The translations under genes and the position numbers were made by a program. 64,000 nucleotides of DNA. Source: Anaerolineales bacterium. GTDB taxonomy: Bacteria; Chloroflexota; Anaerolineae; Anaerolineales; Villigracilaceae. The stretch is taken from NCBI GenBank assembly GCA_034433165.1, contig DAOUAP010000035.1, forward strand, positions 17,619-81,618, given 5' to 3'. The notes under the pieces were generated by a model. That model saw only the letters and a list, made by a program, of their open reading frames with translations. It was not told the DNA's origin and ran no database searches. Positions 46,452-57,324 of the stretch are shown piece after piece; positions within the stretch are counted from its first letter, which is position 1, and every line of letters starts with the position of its first letter.

Positions 46452-47591
46452 TTACCCTATCCCCAATATCTTGCTCACCACCGCCAGCAGAATGCCCCCC
46501 GCCATCACGCTGCCCAGCTGCCCGGCCGTGTTCGCACCCATGGCGTGCATGAGGATGAAGTTGTCGTAGTCTTCTTTCTGGGCCATTTTGGCCACCAGCC
46601 GCCCGGCCATGGGAAAGGCCGAAATACCCGCCGCGCCAATGAGCGGGTTGATCTTGCCGCCGCTCACTACCGACATCAGCTTGCCGAACAACAGCCCGGC
46701 CACGGTGTCGAGCACAAAGGCCAGCAGCCCCAACGCCAGGATCATGAGCGTTTGCGGGCGCAGGAAGGCCTCGGCCTGCATGGTGGCGCCAATGGTCAGC
46801 CCCAGGAACAGGGTGGCAATGTTGATGATCTCGTTCTGCGCGGCCTTGCTCAACCGGTCCACCACGCCGCTGACCTTGAGCAGATTCCCGAGCATCAGCA
46901 TCGAAATGAGCGGCGTAGCCTCGGGCACCAGCAGTCCCACCACCAGCGTGATGACGATGGGGAAAGCCACCAGCGTGCGCTGCGAAATGGGTCGTGGCGC
47001 GTAATCCATGCGGATGCGGCGCTCTTTTTTGGTGGTCAGCAGTTTCATCAGCGGCGGCTGGATGATGGGCACCAGGCTCATGTACGAGTAGGCCGCCACG
47101 GCAATGGGTGCCAGCAACTCGGGCGCGAGTTTGGTGGCCACGAAAATGGAGGTGGGCCCGTCTATCGCGCCAATCGCACCGATGGAGGCCGCCTCGTTGA
47201 GCGGGAAACCCAGCAGGATGGCCAGCACCAGCGTACCGAAAATGCCAAATTGCCCGGCTGCGCCCAGCAGCACCATGCGCGGCTGCGCCAGCAGCGGTCT
47301 GAAATCGATCATTGCGCCCACGCCCACAAAAATGAGCAGCGGGAACAACTCGGTCTTAATGCCTGCGTTATACAACACGCCCATCATGCCTTCACTGGCG
47401 GCCGTCATACCCGCCAACGGGATGTTTGCCAGCAGGCAGCCAAACCCGATTGGCAGCAGCAGCACCGGCTCGAACTCGTAGCGCACTGCCAAAAAGATGA
47501 GCACCAGCCCGGCTGCGATCATAACCGCGTTGCCGGGGGTGAAGTTGGCCAGCCCCTTCAACAGCTCGGGGAGCAGCGCGCCTAGATCCAT
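46452..47591 (-). CDS. Na+-translocating decarboxylase beta subunit (OadB/MmdB/GcdB family)
   Basis: 379-aa polytopic protein with family-typical blocks (LLLPIGFG, GAMIDF, AAGISAFPMA, MHAMGANTAGQ). Confidence 0.92.
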   Translation of the reverse strand: MDLGALLPELLKGLANFTPGNAVMIAAGLVLIFLAVRYEFEPVLLLPIGFGCLLANIPLAGMTAASEGMMGVLYNAGIKTELFPLLIFVGVGAMIDFRPLLAQPRMVLLGAAGQFGIFGTLVLAILLGFPLNEAASIGAIGAIDGPTSIFVATKLAPELLAPIAVAAYSYMSLVPIIQPPLMKLLTTKKERRIRMDYAPRPISQRTLVAFPIVITLVVGLLVPEATPLISMLMLGNLLKVSGVVDRLSKAAQNEIINIATLFLGLTIGATMQAEAFLRPQTLMILALGLLAFVLDTVAGLLFGKLMSVVSGGKINPLIGAAGISAFPMAGRLVAKMAQKEDYDNFILMHAMGANTAGQLGSVMAGGILLAVVSKILGIG

Positions 47592-48028
47592 GCGGCTTCT
47601 CCGGCAGAAGCAAAGGTGAGCAGCGCTTGTTTGTGCGCCACGGTCTGCCCCTCGCTCACCAGCACTTCGGCGATCACCCCGGGGCGCGTGGAGCGGATGC
47701 TGTTCTTCATTTTCATTGCCTCGATGACCAGCAGCACCTGCCCGGTTTCGATCGGGTCGCCGGGTTTGGCAAAGATGGAGATGACGGTGCCCGGCAGCGG
47801 CGCGGTGAGGGTATCGCCTGCCAGGCTGGAGACGCTGGCGGCAGTCGGGAGGGCGGCCGGGGCTGCGGGCGTTGCCTTCATCGGGGCGGGCGCCGCCCGG
47901 GCCGGGGCGCCGTTCCCGGGCGTCACCTCGAACCGGTCGCCATCCACCACAGCCACGATGGGGCGCGCGTGGAGGTCTTCGATCTGCACGTCAAAGGTCT
48001 GGTCGCCAATTTTTACGGTTACGATCAT
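47582..48028 (-). CDS. biotin carboxyl carrier subunit of the decarboxylase
   Basis: ATG 48028 (MIVTVKIGDQTF...) is preferred over 48292. Ala/Pro linker and biotinyl domain with VIEAMKMKN. Confidence 0.88.
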   Translation of the reverse strand: MIVTVKIGDQTFDVQIEDLHARPIVAVVDGDRFEVTPGNGAPARAAPAPMKATPAAPAALPTAASVSSLAGDTLTAPLPGTVISIFAKPGDPIETGQVLLVIEAMKMKNSIRSTRPGVIAEVLVSEGQTVAHKQALLTFASAGEAAWI

Positions 48029-48369
48029 CGTCGTGTTTTTCCTTTTTGGGACATCTGGCGGGTGCGCATGCCCAGCTGCCAGGCGCTGACGATGGCGGTG
48101 GGTGGTGTGGGCAGCGGGTGCGCCGTGGAAAGCGATTGTTCGGCCAGCGCCACGGCTACGGCCGCGGCCGCGGCCCGGGCTTTGAAGTTGCTGCTGGTAA
48201 TGGGAGCCGGTTGCGGGGCGTCTGCTTCCGCTTGGGGCGCGGGGGCTTCCTTTTCGCGAGTGAGGGCGGTCAGGGCGGCCATCACGCCCCACAGCAGGAT
48301 GATCAATCCAAAAACGATGCCCATGCCCAGCAGGGTGATCTGGAGCGACAGCAGGATGTTCTCGGTCAT
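48025..48369 (-). CDS. decarboxylase small membrane subunit (OadG/gamma-delta-like)
   Basis: ATG 48369 is preferred over 48456. MTENILLSLQITLLGMGIVFGLIILLWGVM is an OadG-type N-terminal helix, followed by an Ala/Pro-rich tail. 4-nt overlap with the carrier gene start. Confidence 0.65.
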   Translation of the reverse strand: MTENILLSLQITLLGMGIVFGLIILLWGVMAALTALTREKEAPAPQAEADAPQPAPITSSNFKARAAAAAVAVALAEQSLSTAHPLPTPPTAIVSAWQLGMRTRQMSQKGKTRR

Positions 48370-48382
48370 TTTGTCTGCCTCG

Positions 48383-49936
<1,554 letters not shown>

Positions 49937-50191
49937 GGGGATTCCTTTTGGACGGACGATAAGATTGTGAATTTGGTCACAAATCGAGTATATCACGCCC
50001 GCGAGACTTGAATAGTGATGGCCGTCATGGGTGCGGGTGTGTCATTTGCCACATCTCGCCGGATGCGCGCCTGGCGAAACGGGCGGCTTATCGGTCACAT
50101 GTCTGCCAGGGTTTATACGCGCTCTTCGACGACGAATGCAGACAGGCTTGGTATAATTCCCGCCTACCTTATAGGTAACGCGAGGCATACG

Positions 50192-51529
50192 ATGAAATAC
50201 CATATTTGGACCGAAGGCTGCCAGATGAACGTCGCCGACTCACAACGCGTGGGCTCGGCGCTTGAGCATTTGGGCTACGCCAGCACAAAGAACGCCGCCG
50301 AGGCCGACGTCATCATCCTCAACACCTGCGTCGTGCGCCAGTCGGCAGAAGACAAAGCCTACGGGCGGCTCAGCTCGCTGCGCCCGCTCAAAAAACAGAA
50401 CCCCAACCTCATTATCAACCTGATGGGCTGCCTGGTGGGCGTGCGCGGGCACGAAAGGCTCAAAGCCCGCTTCCCGCATGTGGATGTCTTCTCCCCGCCT
50501 TCCGACCCGGGCCCCCTCATTGCGCACCTCACCCAGGGCGAAATCCGCTCCCTGGAGGATGCCGAAACCACCCGCCGCTTTCTCACCATGGATGAAGACT
50601 TCATCCTGCCCCTGGCCGAGCGCGGCAACCTGGTGGCTGCGCATGTCCCGGTCGTGTACGGCTGCTCGCACGCCTGCACCTTCTGCATCATCCCCTACAA
50701 GCGCGGGGTCGAACGCTCGCGCCCGGTAGGCGACATCGTCGGCGAGGTGCGCGCGCTGGCCGCCCAGGGTGTAAAGGAAGTGACCCTGCTCGGGCAGATT
50801 GTGGACCGTTATGGCAAAGACATCCCCGATGGCCCCAACCTGGCCGGGTTGTTGCGTCTTGTTCATGAGGTCGATGGCATCGAGCGCATCCGCTTCCTCA
50901 CCTCGCACCCCAACTACTTCGGCGAAGAGCTAATGGAAACCATCGCCGCGCTGCCCAGGGTCATGCCGCATATCGAGCTGCCCATCCAGGCGGGCGACGA
51001 CACCGTGCTGCAAAACATGAAACGCGGCTACACCCAGCAGCAGTTCCGCGACATTGTGGCAAAGATCCGCAGCATCATCCCCAATTCATCCATCGCCACC
51101 GATATCATCGTCGGCTTCCCCGGCGAGACCGCGGACCAGTTCATGCAGACCTACCAGGTGCTGGCAGACCTGCGGCTGGATGTGGCCCACCTGGCGCGCT
51201 ACTCGGTGCGCGAGGGCACGGTGGCCACCCGCCGCATGGTGGACGATGTGACCGAAGAAGAGAAGATGCGCCGCTTCCGCATGCTGGAAGAACTGCAGGA
51301 GCAGGTGGTGGGCAAGATCAACGCCTGTTACCTCGGTGAGTCGGTGGATGTGCTTTTCGAGGAAAAGGTGAAAGGCCGCTGGAAAGGCCGCACCCCCACC
51401 AACAAGCTGGTCTTTGTAGAGAGCGAAGACAACCTGCGCGGCCGCATCGAAAAAGTGACGGTCACCTGGACCGGCCCGTGGAGCATGCAGGCCCGCCTCA
51501 TGCGCCAGCCCGCGCCCATCTCTCTGTAA
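50192..51529 (+). CDS. miaB: tRNA-i6A37 methylthiotransferase MiaB
   Basis: ATG 50192 (MKYHIWTEGCQMNVADS) is preferred over 50015. Radical-SAM CSHACTFC followed by IPYKRG.ERSR. C-terminal TRAM domain. Confidence 0.88.
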   Translation: MKYHIWTEGCQMNVADSQRVGSALEHLGYASTKNAAEADVIILNTCVVRQSAEDKAYGRLSSLRPLKKQNPNLIINLMGCLVGVRGHERLKARFPHVDVFSPPSDPGPLIAHLTQGEIRSLEDAETTRRFLTMDEDFILPLAERGNLVAAHVPVVYGCSHACTFCIIPYKRGVERSRPVGDIVGEVRALAAQGVKEVTLLGQIVDRYGKDIPDGPNLAGLLRLVHEVDGIERIRFLTSHPNYFGEELMETIAALPRVMPHIELPIQAGDDTVLQNMKRGYTQQQFRDIVAKIRSIIPNSSIATDIIVGFPGETADQFMQTYQVLADLRLDVAHLARYSVREGTVATRRMVDDVTEEEKMRRFRMLEELQEQVVGKINACYLGESVDVLFEEKVKGRWKGRTPTNKLVFVESEDNLRGRIEKVTVTWTGPWSMQARLMRQPAPISL

Positions 51530-51543
51530 AGGGACACGCAATT

Positions 51544-51586
51544 CGTGACAAAAAATTCCCTCATAGCGAGGGAATTTTTTGTCACG
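51544..51586. terminator. 19-bp perfect hairpin, probable bidirectional terminator
   Basis: CGTGACAAAAAATTCCCTC (51544-51562), loop ATAGC, GAGGGAATTTTTTGTCACG (51568-51586). The A6/T6 tracts are themselves inside the stem. Confidence 0.65.
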
Positions 51587-51600
51587 AAAAACCATGGAAA

Positions 51601-51753
51601 TTACTTGGGAAGACTGCTATTAACCGTGCTGAACATATTGCCGATGACCGGACCCAAGATAGCAAGCACAGCGATGATAACAACAGCAACAAGAACAAGT
51701 ATGAGAGCGTACTCCACCAGACCTTGCCCGCGTTCACGGATAGACGATAACAT
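51601..51753 (-). CDS. Flp-family type IVb pilin precursor
   Basis: ATG 51753 with AGGAGG 9 nt upstream is preferred over 51816. 50 aa: MLSSIRERGQG/LVEYALILVLVAVVIIAVL contains the Flp G-xxxEY processing motif plus a hydrophobic helix. Confidence 0.7.
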   Translation of the reverse strand: MLSSIRERGQGLVEYALILVLVAVVIIAVLAILGPVIGNMFSTVNSSLPK

Positions 51754-51831
51754 AACCTTCACCTCCTTTCCCTGAAAGGATGGGGTTGAATGATTGATTT
51801 TACTACCGTACACCACCGTCTAGTAATTGTA

Positions 51832-52491
51832 TCAGGGATTGGCGACAAAATTACATTGCGCGCGCAATGGGCAACCCGGGCAATTGGGTTTGCGGGCGTT
51901 GCACACCTCGCGTCCCAGGCGGATGATGTTGAGATGGGCAGCGTAGTAGGTTTCGGGCGGCAGCAGTGACTCGAAGTAAGGGTGGGCGTCTTCCACGCTC
52001 ATTTTTTCCGGGCGCAGGCCCAGGCGGCCGGTCACGCGGTAAACGTGGGTATCCACCGGGAAGGCCGGGCGCCCCAGCGAAAAGCACAGCACAATGGCGG
52101 CCGTCTTGGGACCCACACCCTTGAACTTGGTCAGCCAGGCGCGCGCTTCTTCGATGGGCAGATCGTTGAGGAAGGTAAGCTCCAGGCTGCCGCGCTCGGT
52201 GGTGATCTCGCACAGCACCTGCTGGATGCGCGGACCTTTCTGGTTGGACAGACCGGCCGGGCGGATGCAGTCCATCACATCGTCCACCGGGGCGTCGCGT
52301 ACGGACTCCCAGGTCTTGAAGCGGGCCACCAGCGCGTCGAAGGCTTTGTCGCGGTTGATGTCGTTGGTATTCTGCGAGAGAATGGTCGAGACCAGTTCAT
52401 CCACTGGCGGCAAGGGGTTGCGCCAGACCGGTTTGCCGTAAAATGCGAGCAGGGTGTGGTGGATTTTAAGGGCGCGTTCAGCCAGATCCAT
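51832..52491 (-). CDS. nth: endonuclease III / HhH-GPD base-excision repair glycosylase
   Basis: HhH-GPD segment LTKFKGVGPKTAAIVL and the C-terminal 4Fe-4S ligand pattern CNARKPNCPGCPLRAQC. Confidence 0.88.
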   Translation of the reverse strand: MDLAERALKIHHTLLAFYGKPVWRNPLPPVDELVSTILSQNTNDINRDKAFDALVARFKTWESVRDAPVDDVMDCIRPAGLSNQKGPRIQQVLCEITTERGSLELTFLNDLPIEEARAWLTKFKGVGPKTAAIVLCFSLGRPAFPVDTHVYRVTGRLGLRPEKMSVEDAHPYFESLLPPETYYAAHLNIIRLGREVCNARKPNCPGCPLRAQCNFVANP

Positions 52492-53545
52492 GCGTCACCG
52501 CGGCACCTTGAAATGTAAAGTTGGGGCGACTTTCGCCGACCTCCAGCTTGCGGAAGTTGCGCAGGGTTTTGTGCGGGCCAAAGGCGGCTATTTGCGCCAG
52601 TTCTTCCCCAGAAAGTGCGCCCAGCAGGCGCAGGATTTCGAGCGCTGCGCCGTGGCGGGCCCGCCCGGATGGGTCGCCATCGCTTATTTTGAGGGCGATG
52701 CCGATGCCGGGTGAGTCTGGCCCGAGCGCGCCGGGCAGCAGCCCGATGCCCTGGTAGCCCTCTGCGCCGCCTTTAGCGACAATCTGCCCGGCGCCCACTT
52801 CCATCAGTGTGGTGTCGAAACGCTCCGGGCCGCCCACCATGCCCGGATGCGTGGTCATGGCGGCCGTGATGCGCCGGCAGGCGGCGGCGCGTTCGGCGGG
52901 CAGGCCGTGCGGATCGCACAGGCGGGCGTAGCCCAGGGCTGCGTTGTAGAGCGGAATGGCAAAGTTGGGCGCGGAGCAGCCATCGATGCCGAGCTCCACT
53001 TTTTCGGGGGCGATGTCGCACGTTTTTGCGAAGGCGTCCAAAATATTGCGCTGGATGGGGTGGTCAAAGGCAATGTAATTTTCGGTCGGCAGCCCGCGCA
53101 TTTTGGCATGCGCCAGCATGCCGGTGTGCTTGCCAGAGCAGTTATGGCGGTAGGGGGTGGGCAGTTCGCCACGCATTTTCATGGCATCGGCGGTGGGTTC
53201 GTGGTAGGGGTAGTGAAAGCCGCACATCAGGTCTTCGATGGTGACGCCAGCTTTGGATTGCATGGCTTTCACAGTTTCGACGTGTTCCTCGGTGCCGGAG
53301 TGTGAGGCGCACATGAGAGCGAGTTCTTTGGGGCTGAAGCCAAAGTGACTGTCGCCGCCGCGCTCGATGAACGGCAGCGCCTGGAACGGTTTGGCCGTGG
53401 AGCGCAGGTAGGTGACCAGGTTTGGGTCGCCATGCGCGGCCAGCAGTTTGCCGTGCGCATCCACCACGGCAAAAGCGCCATAGTGCTGCGATTCGACGAT
53501 GCGGCCGCGTGTCAGCTCGAACAGGGGTTCGCAGGCAAGGGTCAC
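52478..53545 (-). CDS. asparaginase II family protein
   Basis: GTG 53545 lies 2 nt after the upstream stop and has GAGGA upstream. The ORF-track extension to 54013 overlaps the upstream gene. Blocks LRSTAKPFQALP, MCASHSGTEEH, NCSGKHTGML, DGCSAPNF. Confidence 0.8.
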   Translation of the reverse strand: MTLACEPLFELTRGRIVESQHYGAFAVVDAHGKLLAAHGDPNLVTYLRSTAKPFQALPFIERGGDSHFGFSPKELALMCASHSGTEEHVETVKAMQSKAGVTIEDLMCGFHYPYHEPTADAMKMRGELPTPYRHNCSGKHTGMLAHAKMRGLPTENYIAFDHPIQRNILDAFAKTCDIAPEKVELGIDGCSAPNFAIPLYNAALGYARLCDPHGLPAERAAACRRITAAMTTHPGMVGGPERFDTTLMEVGAGQIVAKGGAEGYQGIGLLPGALGPDSPGIGIALKISDGDPSGRARHGAALEILRLLGALSGEELAQIAAFGPHKTLRNFRKLEVGESRPNFTFQGAAVTHGSG

Positions 53546-53547
53546 GT

Positions 53548-54405
53548 TTATTCCTCTTCTTCTTTGCCGCCGGCAAGGTAATGGCGTTTGTAGTAGTGGG
53601 TCAGCCCGTAGCGTAGGCGTTGGGTGTAATGGGCCAGCCGCCCGGGCGGAGACTTGAACGCCCCGGCCAGTTTTTGGGCGTAGGCATCCACGGCTTCGAG
53701 CGGGGCTTTTTGGGCCGCCAGCTTTTGCATTTCTTCGTGTACTTGTGACACCAGTTCGTATTGCGCGCGGATTGCTGTCTCTGCTACCACGCCGCCACGC
53801 CCGCTGACCACGGTATATTCTTTGTAGGAGGCGCTCATCAGCATTTCGAGTGATTCTTTCCATTGCGCCAGGTCTGCGGAGGCGAAGAAGGGCGGCTGCG
53901 ATTTCGATACCAGGTCGCCCACGAAGATGATTTCGTGACTCGGCAGAACGATCCAAATGGCGCCGGAGGCTGGCCCGGGGTGGTGTTCCATGACCACGCG
54001 CACCTCGCTCCATTCGAGAGCCAGCTGTCGGGTGAAAGTGAGCTCTGGCGGCGCCCAGCGAATGCTGCCCAGCCCGGACACCTGTTCCCAGTCTGCGCCT
54101 GTTTCATCGCCCTGGGTTTTGAAGGTGTTGGGGCGGCTGCGGAAGATGGCGGCTGTGCGCTCGTGGGCGATTACCGCGCAGTCCATGGCGCGCGCGCCCA
54201 GGGTGCGGTCTGGGTGGGCATCCAGGTTGACGAGCATGCGCTCGACGCCGCCACCCAGGTTGAGCAGGGTGGCGCGCCAGGTGCGGCTGTCTTCGGGCGA
54301 AGGCGGGGCATCAATCTGTATGAGTCCGTGCGGCAGGTTGATGGCGCCCAGGGTGACGCCGGGGTAAATATCTTCCATATAAACATTGGGGGCAAGTTCT
54401 TGCAT
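53548..54405 (-). CDS. MBL-fold protein with degenerate metal-binding motif
   Basis: NLDAHPDRT replaces HxHxDH. Later HHPGPASG and IFVGDLV match MBL motifs 3 and 4. Confidence 0.55.
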   Translation of the reverse strand: MQELAPNVYMEDIYPGVTLGAINLPHGLIQIDAPPSPEDSRTWRATLLNLGGGVERMLVNLDAHPDRTLGARAMDCAVIAHERTAAIFRSRPNTFKTQGDETGADWEQVSGLGSIRWAPPELTFTRQLALEWSEVRVVMEHHPGPASGAIWIVLPSHEIIFVGDLVSKSQPPFFASADLAQWKESLEMLMSASYKEYTVVSGRGGVVAETAIRAQYELVSQVHEEMQKLAAQKAPLEAVDAYAQKLAGAFKSPPGRLAHYTQRLRYGLTHYYKRHYLAGGKEEEE

Positions 54406-54438
54406 GGTTTCTCCGATTAATGTTGGAATAATGACGGT

Positions 54439-56001
54439 TCAACTTGTGTGGATGGGCAGGGTGAAGATGAAGGTTGCGCCTTGCCCAGGCTCGCTTTCCA
54501 CCCAGATGCGCCCGCCGTGGTTTTCAACAGCCAGGCGGCAAAACGCCAGCCCCAACCCCAACCCCGAGGGGCTGTTTTCTGACTGGAGACGCGCAAATTT
54601 TTCGAAGATGCGCTCACGGTCGATCTGCGGGATGCCCAGCCCGCTGTCTTTCACCCATACCTTCGCAAAGCCGCCTTCGCGCCGGGCCCCGGCTTCGATC
54701 TTCCCTTTGGAAGGCGTGTACTTGACGGCATTGTCCATCAGGTTGATGACCACGCGCCGGATCATGTCTACATCCATATCGATGTCTGGCAGGGCTGTAT
54801 CGAAGCGGATCTCGATGGTTTGCTTGCGCCCTTCCATCCCGGGCCGAATGGACTGGATGCCGTCTTCGAAGATGGACTTGAGTGGAAACGACCGCCGGTT
54901 GACCAGTGGCTGCCCGGCTTCGAGACGGTTGATGTCTAGCAGCGAACTGACCAGTCGCTGGATGCGTTCGATGGAGTGGCGGGCAATCTCCAGTATGGCG
55001 CGCACGGTGTCGTTCTCATGTTCGGTCAGGGTGGCGGTCAGAATATCGAGGCTGGAGACGATATTGGAGAGCGGCGAGCGCAGGTCGTGGTAGATCATCG
55101 ACATCAAGTCGTTGCGCAGCGAGTCGAGTTCGTGGCGGGAGGTGATGTCGCGGAAGATCCACTGCAGCGACTGGGTTTCCTCGAGATCCAGGCGGCGCAC
55201 ATACACCTCTACTGGAATGCTTTTGCCATGCCTCGACTGCAGGCTGGATTCGTAGACGATTGCAGCATCCACGCCGACATGTGCGTAGTCGCTGCCAAGT
55301 TTGTCGCTGTCGGCGGTGTGCATGCTGGTCACTGCCTGGCTGCGCAAGGTTTCGGCATCGCAGCCGCACATCTGGATGGCCCGGCGGTTGACTTCGGTGA
55401 TGCGGCCGCCCAGGTCGGTGATGATGATGGGGTCGATGCTGTCCTGGAAGAGTTCGTGGTAGCGGCGTTGGGCCGACTGGCTTTCAGCGTACAGGCGCGC
55501 ATTGAGCACGGCCACCCCGGCCTGGTCGGCGATGGATTGCATGAGGGCCAGGTCATCTTCGGTATATGCGTTGGGGGTGGGATGCACCAGGGTGAGCACT
55601 CCCACCAATTTTTTGCGCACCAGCAAGGGCACGCAAATGGACGATTTTGCCCCGGTACGGTCTTCGTCATCGTCTTCGCGGTGCAGCCAGCGGTCATCGT
55701 TGCTGGTGTTGGGCACAAAGGCCGGCTCATGGTTGCGGATAACCCACCCGGCCAATCCGCGCTCGATGGTGTCGCGCAGCTGACGGGTGGTATGTTCGTG
55801 AACCTGTATGCCATATACAATGGCGGCATCCACCGGGCGGGCGTTGTCGTCCAGCACCACAATGCTGGCGCGCTCGCCGCCCACGTTGTGGAGCGCGGCA
55901 AACAGCAGGCGGGTGAGCACCGTGCGCAGTTCGATGGCATCGGCCACTTCGCGGCTGATGCGGTAGAGCATTTCGATAATGGCTTGCTGGTCTTTTTTCA
56001 T
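54439..56001 (-). CDS. cytoplasmic sensor histidine kinase (GAF + PAS + HisKA + HATPase_c)
   Basis: H-box MIYHDLRSPLSNI, N box NLMDNAVKYT, G boxes DSGLGIP and GLGLGLAF. No TM helix. Confidence 0.88.
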   Translation of the reverse strand: MKKDQQAIIEMLYRISREVADAIELRTVLTRLLFAALHNVGGERASIVVLDDNARPVDAAIVYGIQVHEHTTRQLRDTIERGLAGWVIRNHEPAFVPNTSNDDRWLHREDDDEDRTGAKSSICVPLLVRKKLVGVLTLVHPTPNAYTEDDLALMQSIADQAGVAVLNARLYAESQSAQRRYHELFQDSIDPIIITDLGGRITEVNRRAIQMCGCDAETLRSQAVTSMHTADSDKLGSDYAHVGVDAAIVYESSLQSRHGKSIPVEVYVRRLDLEETQSLQWIFRDITSRHELDSLRNDLMSMIYHDLRSPLSNIVSSLDILTATLTEHENDTVRAILEIARHSIERIQRLVSSLLDINRLEAGQPLVNRRSFPLKSIFEDGIQSIRPGMEGRKQTIEIRFDTALPDIDMDVDMIRRVVINLMDNAVKYTPSKGKIEAGARREGGFAKVWVKDSGLGIPQIDRERIFEKFARLQSENSPSGLGLGLAFCRLAVENHGGRIWVESEPGQGATFIFTLPIHTS

Positions 56002-56008
56002 GGGGCCC

Positions 56009-57193
56009 CTACAGGTATTTCAAACCGCTGCCGGTGTTGAACAGCACAATGCGCTCTGCGGCGCCCAGCCAGCCTTGCGCGCGCAGGCGTTTGAGCGCAG
56101 CCAGTGTGGCCGCGCCTTCGGGGGCGGCAAAGATTCCTTCTGCCCGGGCAATTTCACCCTGGCAGTCGGCAATTTCAGCGTCGCTCACATCCAGGGCGGT
56201 GCCGCCGCTGGCGCGAATGGCGCGCAGGATGAGCCGGTCGGCAAAAGCGCCCGGCACGCGCAGCCCTGAGGCCATGGTCTGCGCCCCATCCCAAAAGCGG
56301 GCGCGTGGGGCGTCTTCGCGGAAGGCGCGCACGATGGGCGCGCAGCCGGATGCCTGCACACTGACCATGCGCGGGCGGGCGGGTCCGATCAGCCCCATTT
56401 GCTCCAGTTCATCGAAGGCTTTCCACATGCCCACCAGCCCGGTGCCGCCGCCAGTGGGGTAGATGATGACATCCGGCAGACTCCAGCCGAAGGCTTCGGC
56501 CAGTTCGAGCCCCATGGTCTTTTTGCCCTCGCAGCGATAGGATTCTTTGAAGGTGCTCACATCGCACCAGCCATGCTCGGCGGCCCGGGCTTGGGCCAGT
56601 TTGGCGGCATCGCTGATCAGCCCATTGACCAGGACCAGGTCTGCGCCCAGGATTTGCACCTCAGCCTGGTTGGGTCGCGGCGCATCCTGTGGCATGAAGA
56701 CATGCGCCCGGGCGCGCGCCCGGGCTGCATAGGCTGCCAGCGCGCCGCCCGCATTCCCGGCTGTGGGAATGACAAACTCGCGCGCGCCAAGTTCCAGGGC
56801 GCGTGCAACGGCCATCACCAGCCCGCGCGCCTTGAATGATCCGGTCGGGTTGGTGGATTCATCTTTTATGTAGAGATGGGGGAGTTCAAGTTGTGCTGCG
56901 AGCGCCTCGGCGTGCAGCAGGGGGGTATCGCCTTCGCCAAGTGTGATGCGGTTTGCAGGCTGGCGCACGGGCAGTATCTCGGCCCAGCGCCAGATCCCGC
57001 GTGGGCGGGCAGCCAGCGCGGCGGGGGTGAGCGTCTGGCGGGCCGCAGAGAGGTCGTAGCGGGCCAGCAGTGGCGAGGCGCACACCTGGCAAAAAGATTG
57101 CAGACGGTCTGCATCGACGCGTTGACTGCATTCAGGGCATTCAAGATGGGTGAGTGTGCTGTGGGGGTACTTCATTAAAGAAAAGTATAGCAT
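56009..57193 (-). CDS. thrC: threonine synthase-like PLP enzyme (fold type II) with N-terminal zinc ribbon
   Basis: CPECSQ...CQVC ribbon, PLP-Lys motif GSFKARG, and a glycine loop GGGTG. The start could instead be ATG 57175. Confidence 0.75.
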   Translation of the reverse strand: MLYFSLMKYPHSTLTHLECPECSQRVDADRLQSFCQVCASPLLARYDLSAARQTLTPAALAARPRGIWRWAEILPVRQPANRITLGEGDTPLLHAEALAAQLELPHLYIKDESTNPTGSFKARGLVMAVARALELGAREFVIPTAGNAGGALAAYAARARARAHVFMPQDAPRPNQAEVQILGADLVLVNGLISDAAKLAQARAAEHGWCDVSTFKESYRCEGKKTMGLELAEAFGWSLPDVIIYPTGGGTGLVGMWKAFDELEQMGLIGPARPRMVSVQASGCAPIVRAFREDAPRARFWDGAQTMASGLRVPGAFADRLILRAIRASGGTALDVSDAEIADCQGEIARAEGIFAAPEGAATLAALKRLRAQGWLGAAERIVLFNTGSGLKYL

Positions 57194-57268
57194 ATATGCC
57201 GGGAAGCCCCCCGAAACGAACTTATTCTTGTTGTTGTGTGCGAAAAATAGGACAGCTGTCTTGTCTCA

Positions 57269-57306
57269 ACGCGCCGCGCCAGGGGTCAACCCCTGGCGCG
57301 GCGCGT
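57269..57306 (-). other. 17-bp GC-rich hairpin downstream of the zinc-ribbon gene (possible terminator or processing site)
   Basis: ACGCGCCGCGCCAGGGG-tcaa-CCCCTGGCGCGGCGCGT. No adjacent U-tract on the minus strand. Confidence 0.4.
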
Positions 57307-57324
57307 GGTTTGGCTCGGGTGGGT

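Noticed and set aside
53546-54013. N-terminal 156-aa extension of the asparaginase-II ORF, and likewise 48029-48292 for the biotin carrier, 48370-48456 for the gamma subunit and 50015-50191 for miaB.
   Set aside because: The extensions are Arg/Pro-rich, overlap neighbouring real genes or intergenic DNA, and internal starts with RBS reproduce the normal family N-termini.
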